DNA from: an uncultured Candidatus Saccharibacteria bacterium
Lineage (GTDB): Bacteria; Patescibacteriota; Dojkabacteria; SC72; JAFGCJ01
Direction: 5' to 3'
Assembly: GCA_964481345.1 (NCBI GenBank)
Contig: CAYZTC010000004.1
Span: forward strand, 5,731-69,730
Length of the DNA: 64,000 nt
Part shown: positions 61,601 to 64,000 of the stretch, piece after piece
How the letters are laid out: every line of letters begins with the position of its first letter
Position numbering within the stretch: position 1 is the stretch's first letter
The notes under the pieces: generated by a model
What the model was told of the DNA's origin: nothing
Databases searched by the model: none
The model's input: the letters and a program-made list of their open reading frames with translations, nothing else
Program-made: the position numbers and the translations under genes

Positions 61601-62848
61601 CCTCCTGGTTACCTGTTTCTGAATATGGATGTTCAGGATGAAAATCAAGACAAAGATGGTATTCAGGTGGTTTTAACTTCAGGAGAAAACATCATAGTCA
61701 ATATTTTTAATAAACAGAAGAAATCAAAAATATCTATAAGAAAAATGGTTGATCAAGATGGAATCTTGTGTAGTAGTGACGACAGAAATCCATATACTAC
61801 CGGATGGGATGTAAGACTTATAACCGATGATGTGCCAGGTGATTGGGTACAGACAAACAGTGAGGGAAGGTATACTTGGGAAGAATTGCCATCAACCCAT
61901 ACATATGGTGTAGAAGAGTTCATACTTGATGGTTGGGTAGCTCTAAATCCTCAGTTACATAATTTTGGAAATCTTACTCCAGGCACAAACAACACCTACG
62001 ATTTTGTAAACTTTAAGCCTGGTAAAGTCTCTGGTTACAAGTTTGATGATATCAATGGGGATGGCAAAAAGGATCCAGATGAGTTGGTCTTGCAGGGTTG
62101 GGAGATATGTTTAGAAGATCTTAGATCGGGTAAGTCTGATTGTAAAATTACTGATATTTTTGGATACTACGAGTTTACCGGTCTTCCAGTTGGTAACTAC
62201 ATGCTGTATGAGACTTTGCAGGGCGGTTGGGATCAGACAGTTGCTCCAGCCATTTTTGAAATTACTGAATCTGGTCAAGTTTTGGAAAATCAGAACTTCG
62301 GTAATAGATTCATTATTTCAGACCTTCAAATCGAAAAGGTAGATGATGAGGTAGAGCCGTTTAATCCTGGTGATAGAGTAACTTATACACTTACAGTAAC
62401 AAACAATGGTCCGTATCCAGCTGATAATGTTGTTGTAACAGATACCCTGCCGGATGACGTGACATTTGCATATACCTCTGCAACTCATGGTGCATGTGAT
62501 GAAGTTGATGGAGTTGTAACCTGTAACTTGGGTACTCTTGATGTAGATGAAGAGGCTACAATCATCATTGGAGCAGACATTAGCTTGCTATTTACTGGAG
62601 AGTTAGAGAATCTCAGTGTAGTTGCGAGCGATACCCCAGATGATGATGACTCGAATAATGATGATGATGAGTTTACTCAGGTGGAAGAGGAGGGAGAAAT
62701 ATTAGGTGTAAGTATAGAGGCTGTAAAACCAGAACCAGAGGTACTGGGAGCTACAGGTTCAAGCATCAAGACCATCATGACAATAGCTTTAGTGACTCTT
62801 ATGTTATCTATTGCAGTCTATCTGAACACTCAGAGAAACAAGAAGTAA
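58622..62848 (+). CDS. giant (1408 aa) adhesin: signal peptide, vWA domain, multiple SdrD-B/Cna-B-type Ca-binding repeats, DUF11 domain, C-terminal sorting-signal-like tail
   Basis: - vWA with MIDAS-like DNSTSIS...T...SDG.
- Repeated GxKWxDxNGDGxxDxGE...GWxI...DxDGxYxF modules (GVKWNDLDGDGVKDGGEP, GFKWEDMNGDGLPNGEP, GMKFGDLNGNGIQDGVE, GYKFDDINGDGKKDPDE, ...).
- DUF11-like LQIEKVDDEVEPFNPGDRVTYTLTVTNNGPYPADNVVVTDTLPDDVTF.
- C-terminus KPEPEVLGATGSS + TM helix + QRNKK. Confidence 0.75.
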   Translation: MTPRRSSFSYRFFSVFTGLMLLFQYFFPIVGLAGIDEVNAAASINTDKSEYSRGDQVSVTTGGLSGNKYYKIRIKNANNSTTDITSCIRGNKTVAGKYNISDSDPLGSWSAELRQCGFFGDSTVATAPFTVSETTVPPVPNPTLPNSCGVDMALVIDNSTSISSSELAQMKTAMIAFVNAFAGTPTQFSVTSFATTATIRQGFTGNTAAVISAINSIPVGGGYTNWEDGLIKAQSTYDPRVNPNLMVFSSDGNPNRVDDGTSATEAQAVAEAVLVANAIKTGGTRILALGIGDNLKVANLQAISGPNVNTGITSDVITSNFSQLADDLAYLASLLCGGTITVSKFINDLNTPAGTGWNFDVAGQAVSTDSYGQTPAVDVDPGTYNVIEPSVNPGHIFGSAGCKYQDGSQAGTPSTTFDGVENIDVDHTDIVSCSFINIEKGEILGVKWNDLDGDGVKDGGEPTLSGWDINILDATGAPYDSIITDSDGEYSFTGLDPSDYTVCEVMKDGWERTYPAGSNCQNVSVGAGQVVPGVNFGNRGALSISGTKYEYMVGPLNGWEINLTGTTDYGRSVDMTMDTAGSGEYLFDHLEPGNYVVSEEDRAGWVHLDGDSVPVNLVNVDEYVDFTNFECATLSGFKWEDMNGDGLPNGEPALQGVQIEINGPESSNDSDNTDENGYYEFEVCIPGTYVVTEVLDPGWYNVYPVNHQHSRDVVSGSNYPELNFGNARYGMIFGMKFGDLNGNGIQDGVETGLGGWDIELQDEFGNVLATTTTAGDGSYSFEYNSVNPVNLLAGELYFLREKIEDQPGWIQTYGPSSPFSMESGDVYGDDIEEVSDFGNFENVDVTVCKYEDMNGDGVIDGDGLLMDPWGISLNGSDYVYTSDGCVTFSDIGPGSYVLSEESKSGWVQTYPGSGIHEFDTISGNNPTFDFGNYQHASITVNKNVFASDMEDISDNSLFEVTVSDLGSLPLAENNSAVYSDIAPGEYTISETSIPPGYLFLNMDVQDENQDKDGIQVVLTSGENIIVNIFNKQKKSKISIRKMVDQDGILCSSDDRNPYTTGWDVRLITDDVPGDWVQTNSEGRYTWEELPSTHTYGVEEFILDGWVALNPQLHNFGNLTPGTNNTYDFVNFKPGKVSGYKFDDINGDGKKDPDELVLQGWEICLEDLRSGKSDCKITDIFGYYEFTGLPVGNYMLYETLQGGWDQTVAPAIFEITESGQVLENQNFGNRFIISDLQIEKVDDEVEPFNPGDRVTYTLTVTNNGPYPADNVVVTDTLPDDVTFAYTSATHGACDEVDGVVTCNLGTLDVDEEATIIIGADISLLFTGELENLSVVASDTPDDDDSNNDDDEFTQVEEEGEILGVSIEAVKPEPEVLGATGSSIKTIMTIALVTLMLSIAVYLNTQRNKK

Positions 62849-62883
62849 AATAGTGTATAATCGCAAACGAGAGCTCTCTGATT

Positions 62884-62912
62884 TGGCCTAGCCAACGGAG
62901 GGCTTTCTTGTT
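62884..62912. repeat. 29-bp perfect direct repeat tggcctagccaacggagggctttcttgtt, copy 1
   Basis: Identical to 63680..63708. Lies between the adhesin stop and a truncated small ORF. TGTATAAT-like boxes sit on either side (62853-62860, 62913-62920). Confidence 0.85.
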
Positions 62913-62926
62913 GTATAATCATGCTA

Positions 62927-63061
62927 TGTATAAAGTTATTACTTTTTGTCCTCCAGATCAAACAGGTAAGCTTATCGATGCAATGTCTAAAGCTGGTGCT
63001 GGTGACGTTGGAAATTATTCTCACTGCGCATATATTACAAAAGGTGAAGGGAATTAGGTAT
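62927..63061 (+). pseudogene. truncated small ORF (44 aa, MYKVITFCPPDQTGKLIDAMSKAGAGDVGNYSHCAYITKGEGN*), possible remnant of a small alpha/beta (PII/CutA-like?) protein
   Basis: Starts 15 bp after repeat copy 1 with a conserved-looking N-terminus, but stops at 44 codons and runs into the 3' end of the convergent nucleotidyltransferase gene. Family assignment uncertain. Confidence 0.25.
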
Positions 63062-63083
63062 TCAGAGATATTACTCAATACTT

Positions 63084-63581
63084 CTAATCATTTTCTGTCA
63101 TTTGTTGAATATCAATAAGGTCAGTATCCCTACTAAGTATTTTCTTGTACCTAATCAATTCATTTTTATCTTCAACAGGTAATTTTATACCATCAATTTT
63201 CATTAGTTTTGTTTTACTGAAATCGTAGTCTCCTCCAATTTTGTTACCGTTCTTATCTATCACATAGCTTTTCTCAAGCTGGCTAATATCAACGATAACC
63301 TTGTCAAATTCTAGTGACATGACGAAAATATCAAATCTTCCGTTTTGTAAATGATGCAGATCTTCGGAAATATTTTCTCTGAATAATTCTCTTACTTTTT
63401 TGATATCTTTTTTTGATACATCAATATCTATATCAAAAAGCTTTCTTTTGGATCCATACGCAATAGCAGCTAATCCACCTGTTATTTGAAAAGGAATGCG
63501 ATTTTCTTTAAGTGTTTTGGTGACCTGTATAAGTATCCTTTTTTGATTTTTAGATAACATATATAAAGAGTATATCATCAA
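63084..63581 (-). CDS. minimal nucleotidyltransferase of the Lnu / ANT(2'') (PF10706-like) family
   Basis: NTase motif FQITGGLAAIAYGSKRKLFDIDIDV (GG...G...R...DIDID), as in lincosamide/aminoglycoside nucleotidyltransferases. 165 aa. Bracketed by the two 29-bp direct repeats. Confidence 0.55.
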   Translation of the reverse strand: MMIYSLYMLSKNQKRILIQVTKTLKENRIPFQITGGLAAIAYGSKRKLFDIDIDVSKKDIKKVRELFRENISEDLHHLQNGRFDIFVMSLEFDKVIVDISQLEKSYVIDKNGNKIGGDYDFSKTKLMKIDGIKLPVEDKNELIRYKKILSRDTDLIDIQQMTEND

Positions 63582-63679
63582 AGACTATTTTGCAGAGGCT
63601 AGCGGCTGGTTCTATAGATAGTAATTACTACTAATGCTTTATAGGTAACTATTTCGTCTTTATAAAGAGGCTTCCCTTG

Positions 63680-63708
63680 TGGCCTAGCCAACGGAGGGCT
63701 TTCTTGTT
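63680..63708. repeat. 29-bp perfect direct repeat, copy 2; ends exactly at the stop codon of the Nudix gene
   Basis: Identical 29-mer to copy 1. Locally embedded between two gaggcttcc 9-mers (63667-63675 and 63717-63725). Confidence 0.85.
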
Positions 63709-64000
63709 TACCTCTCGAGGCTTCCTAGAAATCTCATCACAGTATCGCAGGTACTGGTAGTGAAGTACTGACAAACTGCTGTTGGTTTTACCCATTTTAA
63801 CTCTGAAACTTCTTTTCCCGACCTTTCTTTATCAGATGTGGGTTTGCAGTGAAAGTACAGTGCTACAATCTTTATTTCTTTATTTGGTGAGTCTGGGATC
63901 AGTCTTGCATGAATAATATCTTTCACATCGATATCAAGATTTGTCTCTTCTTTTACATCTTTTTGGATTTCACTCCTGAAATCTAAAGACTCCATTTTTC
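63708..64000 (-). CDS. Nudix hydrolase, partial (5' end beyond window)
   Basis: RSEIQKDVKEETNL resembles the Nudix box REx2EExGu at the very N-terminus of the track ORF, so the true start is probably beyond position 64000. Confidence 0.5.
   Translation of the reverse strand, partial: KMESLDFRSEIQKDVKEETNLDIDVKDIIHARLIPDSPNKEIKIVALYFHCKPTSDKERSGKEVSELKWVKPTAVCQYFTTSTCDTVMRFLGSLER

Noticed and set aside
1-64000. Possibility of an alternative genetic code (UGA=Gly, code 25) as in some CPR lineages
   Set aside because: TGA is used as a terminal stop with downstream gene starts immediately after it (e.g. 15225-15227 ATGA overlap). A full-length RF2 with SPF and GGQ motifs is encoded. No conserved protein here needs TGA read-through.

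Overview
AT-rich (~35% GC) bacterial segment with the standard genetic code: TGA, TAA and TAG all terminate genes and an intact RF2 is present. Gene content and style look like a CPR/Patescibacteria-type or other small-genome Gram-positive-like bacterium, with sortase-type (LPXTG) surface proteins, giant adhesins and many small overlapping genes.

Layout:
- 1-13.1 kb, mostly minus strand: housekeeping genes (partial YvcK/CofD-like, thioredoxin, metallophosphoesterase, an Fpg/Nei gene interrupted by one in-frame TAA, HPF, iPGM, UppP) and a cell-division/wall module (SurA-N protein, LTD+PKD protein, coiled-coil M23 peptidase, FtsX, FtsE).
- 13.3-44.3 kb, all plus strand, tightly overlapping: a ~31 kb surface-glycan / glycosylation locus opened by an LPETG-anchored protein. 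It carries six GT4 enzymes; a GT2 polyprenyl-phosphate sugar synthase; three polytopic GT-C-type membrane glycosyltransferases (two are tandem paralogs); two paralogous Wzx flippases; a complete WbpA/B/D/E/I-like UDP-2,3-diacetamido-uronic-acid pathway; two amidotransferases (AsnB/WbpS-like, and a WbuX-like enzyme fused to a class-II GATase); two methyltransferases; a kinase-fold protein; a BNR-like protein; and DgkA.
- 44.3-47.6 kb, minus strand: two secreted proteins (one a large M23 peptidase) and a RAYT/TnpA_REP-type Y1 transposase flanked by palindromic REP-like motifs.
- 47.7-62.8 kb: secA; a 1759-aa giant surface protein (poly-Gly beta-helix-like region, FN3 repeats, acidic tract, C-terminal TM helices interleaved with CarboxypepD_reg domains); tRNA-Val(CAC); a membrane-anchored GH-A-like hydrolase; and a 1408-aa vWA + SdrD-B-repeat + DUF11 adhesin.
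- 62.85-64 kb: a perfect 29-bp direct repeat pair bracketing an Lnu/ANT(2'')-family nucleotidyltransferase gene and a truncated small ORF, next to a partial Nudix gene.

Most notable observations:
1. The EnvC-like M23 peptidase in the ftsEX operon has a circularly permuted catalytic domain.
2. FtsE carries a C-terminal RpoA alpha-CTD-like HhH domain.
3. The glycan locus couples an unusual sugar pathway (diacetamido-uronamide/acetamidino) with Und-P-sugar-dependent PMT/ArnT-like GT-C enzymes, consistent with an extracytoplasmic (possibly protein O-) glycosylation system.
4. The 29-bp direct-repeat cassette at the window end.
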